A DNA stretch of 64,000 nt. It comes from a virus (lineage: Duplodnaviria; Caudoviricetes). The stretch lies in the IMG/VR virus record IMGVR_UViG_3300029288_000113, positions 33,418-97,417 of that record. One strand, written 5' to 3'. Made by a program: the position numbers and the translations under genes. The notes under the pieces were generated by a model. It saw nothing but the letters and a program-made list of their open reading frames with translations. It was not told the DNA's origin and searched no databases. Positions 54,758 through 63,388 of this stretch are shown here, one piece after another (the stretch's first letter is position 1; each line of letters starts with the position of its first letter).

Positions 54758-55677
54758 TTTATCAGACTCATTAATTCAGCCCGGGCGGCCCGGCCAGAAT
54801 CATTGTCTTCCAGAAAACGTCCACGAAGGCAACTGGCACCCATAATGGAATTTTGTTTCCCGACGCCTCGGCAACGCATACAAAAATGGGCGCCTTCGAT
54901 AATGCAAGCGGCCCCCAATGGCTGCAGGTGCTTCATGAGAGATTCGGTTACTGACTTAGCGATCCGCTCCTGGGTAGTTAGCCGACGGGCAAAGATATCT
55001 ACCAGTCTGGCCAGCTTAGAGGCTCCGATCACTTTTTCACCATTGGCAATATAGGCCACATGAGCTTTACCAAAAAATGGCTGCCAATGATGTTCGCAAT
55101 TTGAATAGAATTCAATGTCTTTCATCCAGACCAGTTCGTTATACCCATCTTCGTCAAAGACCTTGAAGATGTCTTCCGGTTTCTGTTGATAGCCGGCAAA
55201 AATTTCTGACCAGGACCGAACAATGCGGGCAGGAGTCTCGATCAACCCTGTACGGGTTGGATCTTCGCCAATGTATTGGAGCATACGGACAATGTTGTCG
55301 TGGATCGACCTTTCTTCATTGGCTTCCCACCAGAAGGTGATCCAGTCGGAAACCCGATGAACATAGAAGGTCGGCCGCAGATGCTGCGGGGTGTGGTCTT
55401 TGATAAATAAGGTGGCGACGTCGTAGCCGGGAAACCGGGAAATAGTGGCTCCGGAGTCCACCAGGTCGTCCACTATAAGCAGAGATTCTTTTGGCCAGGA
55501 ATCGAGATGTCGCCCCTCTACAAGAGGCAGGCTTAAAAGATGGGACAGCTGCATAGCCAAGGCCGTACCGCCTTGAGGAATGCCATGAATTCCCCGGTAT
55601 GGCTTTTTGCACAAGATGATGTTTTTAGCCAGGAGCCGGCAATCGGTTTGAAATTCGTCTTGGCCGTAAAAAATCAT
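54754..55677 (-). CDS. folE: Purine phosphoribosyltransferase-like domain fused to GTP cyclohydrolase I
   Basis: N-terminal GIPQGG and LLIVDDLVDSGAT (PRPP loop); C-terminal GLIETPAR, CEHH..PF, GASKLAR, QER and HFCM..RG. Confidence 0.9.
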   Translation of the reverse strand: MIFYGQDEFQTDCRLLAKNIILCKKPYRGIHGIPQGGTALAMQLSHLLSLPLVEGRHLDSWPKESLLIVDDLVDSGATISRFPGYDVATLFIKDHTPQHLRPTFYVHRVSDWITFWWEANEERSIHDNIVRMLQYIGEDPTRTGLIETPARIVRSWSEIFAGYQQKPEDIFKVFDEDGYNELVWMKDIEFYSNCEHHWQPFFGKAHVAYIANGEKVIGASKLARLVDIFARRLTTQERIAKSVTESLMKHLQPLGAACIIEGAHFCMRCRGVGKQNSIMGASCLRGRFLEDNDSGRAARAELMSLIK

Positions 55678-56384
55678 TCGTTGCCCTCCACGTATTGTAC
55701 GGGATCTTTCTGGCCAATCTTAGCGAAGGCCTCAAGTCGTTCCTGGCAGGAACCGCAACGGCCGCAGGCCAAAATGCGGACATAAGGAGAACCTTTCACT
55801 CCTTTGCCATCAAGAATTGCTTGCGGGTCATAGCAAGTCCAAGTCAGTTGATAAGGCACCCCCAAAGGTAGGCCGATTTTGAGAATGTCCATCTTGGTCT
55901 TATTGAGAAAAGGAACCCAGAGCTTGACCGGGGTGTAATGAAACAACCGGAGCACCGAATCCATGGCATCGACATATCTAGGGCGACAATCTGGGTAGAT
56001 TGCATGGTCCCCAGCGTGGGCAGCATAGGCCACCGCGTCAAAACCCATGGAGGCAGCCCAGGCTGCAGCAATACTGAGTAAGATAGTATTTCTGCCGGGC
56101 ACCACCGTCTGTTTCATGGACTCGTCTTCATAATGGCCGTGCGGCACCGGAATGTCGGAGGTCAAGGCCGAACCTTGTAGCAGGTGGTTGATGTTGGTAA
56201 TATCCAGGATTTCATGATGGACGGTAAAATGCCGGGCGACTTGTTTGGCCGATTCCAGCTCTCGCTTGTGACGCTGGGCATAATCAATCGACAGGGCCAT
56301 CGCCTCTTGGTATTGCCGTCGAGCTAGCCCCAGCAGTGTTGCTGAGTCCATGCCACCACTGAGAAGAATAACACATTTACTCAT
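55674..56384 (-). CDS. queC: 7-cyano-7-deazaguanine synthase
   Basis: LSGGMDS, YAQRH, VPGRN, YPDCR, TWTCY and CGRCGSC.ER. Confidence 0.95.
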   Translation of the reverse strand: MSKCVILLSGGMDSATLLGLARRQYQEAMALSIDYAQRHKRELESAKQVARHFTVHHEILDITNINHLLQGSALTSDIPVPHGHYEDESMKQTVVPGRNTILLSIAAAWAASMGFDAVAYAAHAGDHAIYPDCRPRYVDAMDSVLRLFHYTPVKLWVPFLNKTKMDILKIGLPLGVPYQLTWTCYDPQAILDGKGVKGSPYVRILACGRCGSCQERLEAFAKIGQKDPVQYVEGNE

Positions 56385-56393
56385 GTAACCTCC

Positions 56394-56421
56394 AGGGGTA
56401 GAGATTAAATTCTCTACCCCT
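56394..56421. terminator. 11-bp perfect hairpin upstream of queC
   Basis: AGGGGTAGAGA-TTAAAT-TCTCTACCCCT; abuts the queC RBS and a TATAAT. Confidence 0.5.
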
Positions 56422-56444
56422 ATTATAGGTTGACGCGGAGAAAC

Positions 56445-57308
56445 TTAGGCCACGAAATACTGGCCGGCGTCGTTTTTGGAGATGGTGATGTTTTTGTCCT
56501 TGGCCATGCGATTGGGGATTTGCACATTGATCGTGGCCTTCATGGAATCTTCCACCCGATCCGGGAATTTGGTCTTGAGCTTGGCCAGGATTTCGGCTTT
56601 GCTGTGCGGGCCAGACTTGATGATCTCCAGGATGGCCGCAATCACACCCGGTTTACCGGTGCCTTGGCCGGAAGCAGCACGAGCTTCCTTGGCCGCGGCC
56701 CGTTCAGCCTTCTTGGCTTCTTTGGCCTTCGCCTTCTCGGCGGCCTTTTCCTCCTTGGTCTTTTTGGTCGGAGCGGTGTCCTGGGCCTTCATCTGCTCCG
56801 CCTTCTCGGCGCATTCGGCCTTGTCAGGGCAGTTGGCGCATTCATCGACGTAGGGGCCTTCGGTGGCGGGGCCGGCGCCCTGTTTGAATGCGGCGCAGCC
56901 TTCGTCATCGCCCTGGCCCTCGGCCCCGGGTTTTTCCGTCTCGACAACGGTCTGAGTCTCACCGGCAACCAGGGCCGGATCGGGCTGACCGGCAGCCTCG
57001 GCGGCCGCGACCTCCGGGCTTTGGCCCTGGGGCTTCATGGCCTCGATCTCGTCAAAGACCTTGTTGTAGACGAGGATCGTCTCGGGGGCCAGGCTGTTGC
57101 ACCGGGAATCGGTCCAGGCCTCGGCGGACCCTTCGGGGGCCACCAGGGGAGACAAGATGTCATAAATCTGCTGCTTCAGGTCGGGCACCTGGGCAATGAA
57201 GCGCAGCTTGGGGGTGGGGGCCAGGACCTTGTTGATGTCCTTGATGGCAGCCTGGAGGCCGAAGCGCTCCTGCTGCTCGGGGGTGAGTTGCGAATCAGTC
57301 TGTGCCAT
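56445..57308 (-). CDS. Putative nucleoid/DNA-binding protein (acidic region, Cys motif, Lys/Ala-rich linker, winged-helix-like C-terminus)
   Basis: KAAEKAKAKEAKK linker; PGVIAAILEII...SK.EIL..L...FPDR; has its own promoter and strong RBS. Confidence 0.55.
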   Translation of the reverse strand: MAQTDSQLTPEQQERFGLQAAIKDINKVLAPTPKLRFIAQVPDLKQQIYDILSPLVAPEGSAEAWTDSRCNSLAPETILVYNKVFDEIEAMKPQGQSPEVAAAEAAGQPDPALVAGETQTVVETEKPGAEGQGDDEGCAAFKQGAGPATEGPYVDECANCPDKAECAEKAEQMKAQDTAPTKKTKEEKAAEKAKAKEAKKAERAAAKEARAASGQGTGKPGVIAAILEIIKSGPHSKAEILAKLKTKFPDRVEDSMKATINVQIPNRMAKDKNITISKNDAGQYFVA

Positions 57309-57359
57309 GATTAGGTTCTCCTTATTCGTTTTGCTTGATTGGCAATCTTTTCATTTGAA

Positions 57360-57377
57360 TATATTATAGCCTGTTTT
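57360..57377 (-). promoter_or_regulatory. Promoter motif AAAACAGGCTATAATATA
   Basis: Intergenic copy of the repeated motif. Confidence 0.65.
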
Positions 57378-57411
57378 GGTGATTTTTGGTCATGGGGACG
57401 CAAAAAAAAAA

Positions 57412-58080
57412 TCATGCCAGAGATAAAAATTTATGGATCTGGCAATTCAGGGTCACCTGCCATAGGCGGTCGGCCAGAATCCACTGGGCCAGTGTGTTGC
57501 CAGGAAGGCTCTCGTGTACCGGGCTGAATGCGATCCTGGCCCTAGTGCCCATGTTGAGGACAATTTCTTTGGCCATGTCATAATCCAGCCGGTTGCTGAT
57601 GACAAACTTGATCCAGTCCCAGGGGCATAGTGCCGAGAAGTCGACTGCAGGCAGCAAGACGGGCAGCATGTGCAGCTTGTAGTCGACCACGAGGCAGACG
57701 CCCGGATTCGGCCTGGTCAGGTTCCTGAATCTGTTCAATGCGATCGTGCCGTTGGTTTCGATGCTGACCTTGAAGTTATGCGGGAACAGGCGATTGAGCA
57801 ATTGATGAATCTCATCTTGTTGGAGTAGGGGTTCGCCCCCCGTGATGGTTATCTTGGGATATGGAGGCGGGTTGAATCCTATGGGATTGATTTTGGCCCA
57901 AATGGAAGCCATCACCTGGTCCACTGTCAGGTTGTCATCTTTTTGTTCCTGGGCATCTGGGGCGTCACAGTAGGGGCATCCCAGGTTGCATCCCTGCATC
58001 CTGATGAATACGGACGGCGTGCCTTGCCCCTGGGCGTTGACCTCACCATCGATGCTCGTGAAGATTGAATGAACTTTCAT
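57412..58080 (-). CDS. queE: 7-carboxy-7-deazaguanine synthase (radical SAM)
   Basis: IF.SIDGE, FIR..GCNLGCPYCD, TGGEPLLQ, IETNGT and QIHK. Confidence 0.9.
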   Translation of the reverse strand: MKVHSIFTSIDGEVNAQGQGTPSVFIRMQGCNLGCPYCDAPDAQEQKDDNLTVDQVMASIWAKINPIGFNPPPYPKITITGGEPLLQQDEIHQLLNRLFPHNFKVSIETNGTIALNRFRNLTRPNPGVCLVVDYKLHMLPVLLPAVDFSALCPWDWIKFVISNRLDYDMAKEIVLNMGTRARIAFSPVHESLPGNTLAQWILADRLWQVTLNCQIHKFLSLA

Positions 58081-58559
58081 TTGGTCTCCCTGGCCGGCGG
58101 CCTGAACAGCCTGGTCGGATGTTCGACCCCGTTTCGTAACCGGATCAGGTTCAGGTATTCCCGCATGGGGTCGGAGCCCAGCATGGCCTGAAGTGCTATG
58201 GCCTCGATCTCCGTGACCTCGGCATTGAGCTGGATCACGGCATGCAGGCGGTCATAACCAGTGTATTCACCATCAGGAGGAAAATCCACTACTTTGGCAT
58301 TCTTGGATGGCCAGGATACTTGTTGACTGTTGACAATGACATCCATTTGGGCCGCCATTTCCCAGTACCGCATCACAGCCATGGGACTGTCCAAGTCCAG
58401 GAGCAACTGATCGGGTTTCCTGACCACGATCTCGAACCCGTCCATTTGGGCCTTCAGGGCAGCCGCCTCATATCCTGCTGGGGTGAGGTCCTCCTGTTGG
58501 TAATTCGGATCATTGGCCTGCTCGATGATCTCCTTGCATTGTATCATTTCAGCCTCCAT
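58077..58559 (-). CDS. Hypothetical DxD/GSDP-domain protein
   Basis: LLLDLD, WPSK, H and Q..LGSDP.RE; paralog of the C-terminus of 46797-47585. Confidence 0.6.
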   Translation of the reverse strand: MEAEMIQCKEIIEQANDPNYQQEDLTPAGYEAAALKAQMDGFEIVVRKPDQLLLDLDSPMAVMRYWEMAAQMDVIVNSQQVSWPSKNAKVVDFPPDGEYTGYDRLHAVIQLNAEVTEIEAIALQAMLGSDPMREYLNLIRLRNGVEHPTRLFRPPARETK

Positions 58560-58945
58560 TCCACACTCGAGCCTTCGGTTTCCCAGAGCTGGAGGTAGGT
58601 GAGCTCAGTCAATGGGTTCAGGTTCCAAACCTTGTTGGCCAGTCGATCCTTGATCCATAGGATCATGTTTTCTGCCGTGGGCATATCCTTGGGAAACTTG
58701 GGCAGTTCATCCATTTGGATATTATTGAGGTGCCTGTGGTCCAGTAGGTCGATGACCTCGGTCTTGACCAGCTTTTTCAGATTTCCGAAATCGCCCACCA
58801 TGCCCATGTCATTGAGGTTATTGTCGTTACACGAGACTCCCACCAGCAGTTTGTACGAATGCCCATGATGGTTGGCACAGGCCCCGGGATATCCTGGCAG
58901 ATAGTGAGAAGCCTCGAAGGTAAATCTTTTTATAATGGTAAGCAT
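58544..58945 (-). CDS. queD: 6-carboxytetrahydropterin synthase
   Basis: FEASH.L, CANHHGHSY, LDHRHLN, PTAEN and LWET. Confidence 0.95.
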   Translation of the reverse strand: MLTIIKRFTFEASHYLPGYPGACANHHGHSYKLLVGVSCNDNNLNDMGMVGDFGNLKKLVKTEVIDLLDHRHLNNIQMDELPKFPKDMPTAENMILWIKDRLANKVWNLNPLTELTYLQLWETEGSSVEWRLK

Positions 58946-58958
58946 GATTCCTCCTACA

Positions 58959-58977
58959 TATATTATAGCCTGTTTTT
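58959..58977 (-). promoter_or_regulatory. Promoter motif AAAAACAGGCTATAATATA
   Basis: Directly upstream of the queD RBS (AGGAGG). Confidence 0.65.
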
Positions 58978-60511
58978 AGAATCTACTATCGAGAATTGCC
59001 TGCCCCAGGCTGATGGCCTGGAGGACGGTCACATATTCACCTTCGATAACATCCTCATCACGTCCCACTCCCACGCTGATCAGGGCCCGCTTGGCCAGCT
59101 CGTCCTCTGGTCCTTGGTCGATCTTGATGGTCATGTCCAGGTGCCCCAGGATGCCGGCATGCTCAGCCACGTCCGAATCCCGCAGTCTCTTGCGCTCCTG
59201 GGCCTCCTTGCCGCCAGCCTGGAATGGAGCCAGCACCAGGCAATGAAGGTCCTGTGCCAGGCCGCAGATACGCTTGGCCAGTTCATCAACCCTGTGTCGG
59301 AAGTCACCTCGACCAGCCACCAGGTCCGACATGCCCGATGGCTGGTCCAACACAAGCACGTCGGGGTTGAACCCCTCGAGGTGCCTCCACACCTGGAGCA
59401 CGGCCCGGGCATCGTCGAATCCTGCCCCGAACTTGGGCCATGACTTGACCTTGAACCTGGCACCCAGGACAGACCCAGCCACCGCCTCGGCCTTGCGCCA
59501 GGCCGTTCTCCAATCCAGGACATCGATCTTTCTCTCGATGAACCAGGTCTCAAGACGATAGTACGGGCACCGGCCCTTGAGGTCGCATGGCCTGTATCCG
59601 GGTGGCTGCATGGCCGGCATGGGCTTATTGCCGTTGCTGTCGAGGAGCTGGACCGGGCATTGCCTTGACGGGCTCTGGCACTCACCGGTCTGGTTCAAGG
59701 CACAGTCCCATGTGGGGATGAACAGGCGGCCGTCCCTGGGTGGCCTCAGGGGCATGGCACACAGGCCCTGGGCCCAGCGGCGGCGTAGCCTGCGTTCACC
59801 CAGTTCGAAGTCAAGATGGGCCACATTCAAGCCTGAATAGACTGACTGTTGCTCGATGTGCTGGCATGTGTAGGACTTGGCGCCCTTGAACTTGCCCACA
59901 ATGCCCACCGCCCATTCCCTCTCCAGTGTCCCCAGGAGCCTGCCAAATGCCCCGGGCAATTGCAACAGGCTATCCTTGTCCTGGAATGCCTCCCGGGTGC
60001 CCTCAAGATCGGTCATGGGCTCAAACCCCATGCCGACCTGGGCTGCCGGGGCGATGAAGTCCGCCACCGCCCCATGGGCCTGATCCAGCGTGCCGGCCCT
60101 CAGGTGCACATCGAGGTCGTCACGCAGTATAGTCAGGGCCCGCTCACGAAAGTACCTGATGGCCTCGTCGATGGCCAGTTGCTCATTGTATTGCTCATCG
60201 CGCTCGTATTCCTGACTGATGCCGGCCAGAAACCGGTCGATGAGCTGGGCCAGGTCCGGGTTGAGGCCATTCCGTCTCTGTGCCTCGAACAAGACCTGGA
60301 TGTTGCGGCCTGGTGCACAATTATATCTCTGCTGGTATTCCAGGCACCAACCTGCGACAGTGGCCGCGAAGTCGGCCACCAGGTACCGGGGCTTGTATGC
60401 CAGGCCAATGATCCTGAGTGCCTGATCGGACACGATCATGGCCGTCAGTATGTGGCGTTCCACATGGGCGGTGGATGGCTCCTGGGTCCAGGTGATAGGG
60501 ATGCCGGTCAT
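58976..60511 (-). CDS. DnaB-like replicative helicase with Cys-rich insertion
   Basis: ER.IL..MI, GKFKGAKS Walker A variant, DFE, PDVLVLD, LA....C.V..P.Q and DVAE. Confidence 0.7.
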   Translation of the reverse strand: MTGIPITWTQEPSTAHVERHILTAMIVSDQALRIIGLAYKPRYLVADFAATVAGWCLEYQQRYNCAPGRNIQVLFEAQRRNGLNPDLAQLIDRFLAGISQEYERDEQYNEQLAIDEAIRYFRERALTILRDDLDVHLRAGTLDQAHGAVADFIAPAAQVGMGFEPMTDLEGTREAFQDKDSLLQLPGAFGRLLGTLEREWAVGIVGKFKGAKSYTCQHIEQQSVYSGLNVAHLDFELGERRLRRRWAQGLCAMPLRPPRDGRLFIPTWDCALNQTGECQSPSRQCPVQLLDSNGNKPMPAMQPPGYRPCDLKGRCPYYRLETWFIERKIDVLDWRTAWRKAEAVAGSVLGARFKVKSWPKFGAGFDDARAVLQVWRHLEGFNPDVLVLDQPSGMSDLVAGRGDFRHRVDELAKRICGLAQDLHCLVLAPFQAGGKEAQERKRLRDSDVAEHAGILGHLDMTIKIDQGPEDELAKRALISVGVGRDEDVIEGEYVTVLQAISLGQAILDSRF

Positions 60512-61224
60512 TAGTTTATCTCATACCCCACAAATCTTCTCCCCCACTCACTGTACAGGTTTTCTTTACCGGGTCCGCAGAATGGGTCCAATATGGTATC
60601 CTCGATTATGGAGAACATTCGCATAAGCCTGTATGGCACCTCTTGGGGCCAGCCGGAGTCGCCACGGGCCCCCTTCTTGCCCTGGATGTTCCAGACTTGT
60701 TGGAACCACAGGTCCCGCTCGGCCTTGGTGAAGGCTGATTGCCTGCGCCTTTCCTTCTCCTCTGGACTGAATTGCCTCAGTCTCTTGCCCTTCCGGAATA
60801 GCCCGATGTACTCATGGTCCTGGGACACATAGGCATTGACTGGCAGGAAACCTGATCCCAGGAAGGCATTGGGCCGGTTGCTGATTTTCTTCCAGAATAT
60901 GGGGATGAGCGGAGTAAAATCATGATGGAACATCATCTTGAGTGCCAGGGCGGCGTAATTGGGATAGCAGCAGAAATTCTTGTCCAGGGTCCTGGTGGCA
61001 TCCCCAATGTTGATGCAGGCAATGCCCCCAGGGATCATGACCCTTTCCACCTCGTCGAGCACCATGTCCAACAACGTCCATTGCTTATCCCAGCCATCGG
61101 CCCCTTGCCTTGAGAAACACTCATCCCACTTGGCTATCATGGGATACGGCGGGCTAGTGATCATGCAATGTACAGACCCATCGGCCAGTTCGTGCATGTC
61201 GTTGGATGAATGATGATGGATCAT
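60511..61224 (-). CDS. DNA N4-cytosine/N6-adenine methyltransferase (beta class)
   Basis: TSPPY motif IV before DPFCGPG motif I; VW.I and GYEIN. Confidence 0.8.
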   Translation of the reverse strand: MIHHHSSNDMHELADGSVHCMITSPPYPMIAKWDECFSRQGADGWDKQWTLLDMVLDEVERVMIPGGIACINIGDATRTLDKNFCCYPNYAALALKMMFHHDFTPLIPIFWKKISNRPNAFLGSGFLPVNAYVSQDHEYIGLFRKGKRLRQFSPEEKERRRQSAFTKAERDLWFQQVWNIQGKKGARGDSGWPQEVPYRLMRMFSIIEDTILDPFCGPGKENLYSEWGRRFVGYEIN

Positions 61225-61466
61225 TCTTTTGATAATCCTCGCCGGTAGGCCAATTCCATGTTTCCGATGATCTGTTGGATTAAGCTGAATGCCTGATAAA
61301 TTAGGCCGCCGTGGCTCTCTCCGGTGCCGGCCAATAGTCCCTTGATGGCATCTGGAATGTCCTGTCTTTGTCTGATCGATGCCCTGATGGCAATTTGTAC
61401 CTGCAGAATGGAGAGATCGCCATTGACCAGGTCATCAACAAGCTGGGAAAATTTATCCTTGGCCAT
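61221..61466 (-). CDS. Hypothetical protein
   Basis: Tiles the gap; ATGA overlap. Confidence 0.45.
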   Translation of the reverse strand: MAKDKFSQLVDDLVNGDLSILQVQIAIRASIRQRQDIPDAIKGLLAGTGESHGGLIYQAFSLIQQIIGNMELAYRRGLSKE

Positions 61467-61959
61467 TTGCCCTTGCCTGTCTCTCCAGGTACATGTCATG
61501 GGTCGACCGGAACCAGCCGTTGCCCACCGATTCGGCCACCTGGGTCTTGAAGTCATCCACAGCGGCCATCCTGGAGGTGAACCCGATCATCAGCTTCGGT
61601 TCAAATATGGTATTCATCCATAGCCACCATCTTGGGGCCAGATGCCAGGACAGCTTGTCGGCGTAGTATAGCCTGGATCTGGGCATGCCTGAGTGGGAAC
61701 AGTGGCCTGCAGTCAGGGACCAGTATTCAGGGCCAAACCAGAAGCCGGCCAGTTCCGCACCCACCTGCCAGTGTCTTTTCTTCTGCTCATAATTGTCCAG
61801 GTAATCATAACCCACGTGCCCAATGTCGTGCAGGAATATGCAGGCCAGTTCCTTCCAGGTGGGCAGGCCATAAAGCCTGGTCCATGCTACTGTAACGAGC
61901 ACTGAATGGATCATGGAGTGGCAGCCGCAGATGATTGAGATGGTGCCCTGTGAGATCAA
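61453..61959 (-). CDS. HD-domain-like protein
   Basis: H...H, FLHDIGH, H and ADKLS. Confidence 0.55.
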   Translation of the reverse strand: MISQGTISIICGCHSMIHSVLVTVAWTRLYGLPTWKELACIFLHDIGHVGYDYLDNYEQKKRHWQVGAELAGFWFGPEYWSLTAGHCSHSGMPRSRLYYADKLSWHLAPRWWLWMNTIFEPKLMIGFTSRMAAVDDFKTQVAESVGNGWFRSTHDMYLERQARANGQG

Positions 61960-62444
61960 AACATGAGCCCCTTCTTGAACTTTGGGTGGCCGATCAGGGC
62001 CACGTGCCTGTCAATCTTCAAATCCCTTATCCTCTCCAGCCTGAGGCCTGAATTGGTGCATGTGGCATACACATTGACACCCATGGCCTCCGGCACATAG
62101 GTCATTGAGGTGGCCTCGGTCTGCATCATTGCCACATCAACATTGTGTTTTAGTTCCTGCCTTGCCTTGGGCTGCCAATAGAGCACGCAGCGGCGCTGGC
62201 GTTCGGACCACTCGGGATGGAACTGCCCCATTGCTTGGGCATGGGCCTCCAAATTGAATTCTGACCAAACAATGAATAATGGCCTGGACAGGTCAAAATA
62301 ATCCTGCACCATGGGGGCCTGTGGTGGGCAGACCGGTCTTCTGCCATACATTGGGCAGCCCTTGGGGTGCCCTGGATATGGCAGCCTGCACCATTCCCTG
62401 GCCTTGGGATTGACCACTAGTCTCCTGACCAAGACATAGCTCAC
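61956..62444 (-). CDS. DUF2284-like metal-binding protein
   Basis: C......GCP.YG....CPP and PEAMGVNV.AT. Confidence 0.7.
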   Translation of the reverse strand: MSYVLVRRLVVNPKAREWCRLPYPGHPKGCPMYGRRPVCPPQAPMVQDYFDLSRPLFIVWSEFNLEAHAQAMGQFHPEWSERQRRCVLYWQPKARQELKHNVDVAMMQTEATSMTYVPEAMGVNVYATCTNSGLRLERIRDLKIDRHVALIGHPKFKKGLMF

Positions 62445-62593
62445 TTGTCGTTCTCCTTTGGCTTGGCAGGTGCCACACCGACCATGACTCGACTGGCCTC
62501 GGCCTCCTGTTCGTTCCGGTACTCACCAGGAAAGAAGTGCTGCCTGAGTTCGGCCATGGATTTGAATACGAGCGGCTTTTTGTGTTTGGTCAT
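62441..62593 (-). CDS. Hypothetical protein
   Basis: AGGA RBS; GTGA overlap. Confidence 0.45.
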   Translation of the reverse strand: MTKHKKPLVFKSMAELRQHFFPGEYRNEQEAEASRVMVGVAPAKPKENDK

Positions 62594-62594
62594 T

Positions 62595-62756
62595 TTAAAT
62601 CCTACTAAATATCCAATATCCCAGATTAAATCCAAGGGAAATAAGGAAAAAAGCAAGTGAAGCTATTGGCCCATAAATAATCCCGGCTGCAAAAGCTATT
62701 GGAATAAGTATTACACCTATTCCTAAGCATATTTTAGCAATAGTAAAGAAATTCAT
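62595..62756 (-). CDS. Small AT-rich 2-TM membrane protein
   Basis: Entirely hydrophobic; ATGA overlap. Confidence 0.5.
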   Translation of the reverse strand: MNFFTIAKICLGIGVILIPIAFAAGIIYGPIASLAFFLISLGFNLGYWIFSRI

Positions 62757-63388
62757 TCTGTCCTCCCCAACCTGCGCCTGCTTGTGTCCGGGTCCAGCAT
62801 GGCCTTGGCCAATTCGATGATTTTCGGCCTGATGACCAGTCTGGACACCATTGGGAATTTGTCTTTTGGCCAATCGAACGGGTCATCATAGTCAAGTTCA
62901 TAATAGATTTGCCTGACGCCGGCCTGACACAGTAGCTTCATGCATACGGCGCACGGCCTGGTGGTACAGTATAGGGTGACCCCATGTACCGCTATACCCA
63001 TCCTGGCGGCCTGGGCAATGGCATTGGCTTCGGCGTGGCTGGATCGGCAGGCCCGGTCCTTCTGGCCATCCGGGGTATTGGTGGCCCGACGGTGGCAGTA
63101 GGGAATAAATCCGGTACCATCACAGATGGAACAAGGGGCTGTGCCCAAAAAATCACCATCAAATGATTTTGTATTTGGGGTTACCTTACTCCCATAGCAC
63201 TCTGGGCAATAGGTTTTCTGTCCCAGGCAGTGCTCCTGTCCGGGCAAGGCCCCGTTATATCCGGTGGCCAGGACCCGATTGTCACGCACCAACACGGCTC
63301 CCTGGGGCCGGGAATTGCAGGTGGAGCGGCTGGCTGCCAGCTTGGCCTGCAACATGAAGTATTCATCCCAAGTTGGCCGGATGGTCAT
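62753..63388 (-). CDS. dCMP deaminase (ComEB-like) with inserted Zn finger
   Basis: RPTWDEYFM, RSTC, TGYNG, HAEANA and PCAVC. Confidence 0.9.
   Translation of the reverse strand: MTIRPTWDEYFMLQAKLAASRSTCNSRPQGAVLVRDNRVLATGYNGALPGQEHCLGQKTYCPECYGSKVTPNTKSFDGDFLGTAPCSICDGTGFIPYCHRRATNTPDGQKDRACRSSHAEANAIAQAARMGIAVHGVTLYCTTRPCAVCMKLLCQAGVRQIYYELDYDDPFDWPKDKFPMVSRLVIRPKIIELAKAMLDPDTSRRRLGRTE

Noticed and set aside
56385-56444. Possible preQ0/preQ1 riboswitch upstream of queC
   Set aside because: Only a simple 11-bp hairpin; lacks the preQ1-I loop consensus and A-rich tail.
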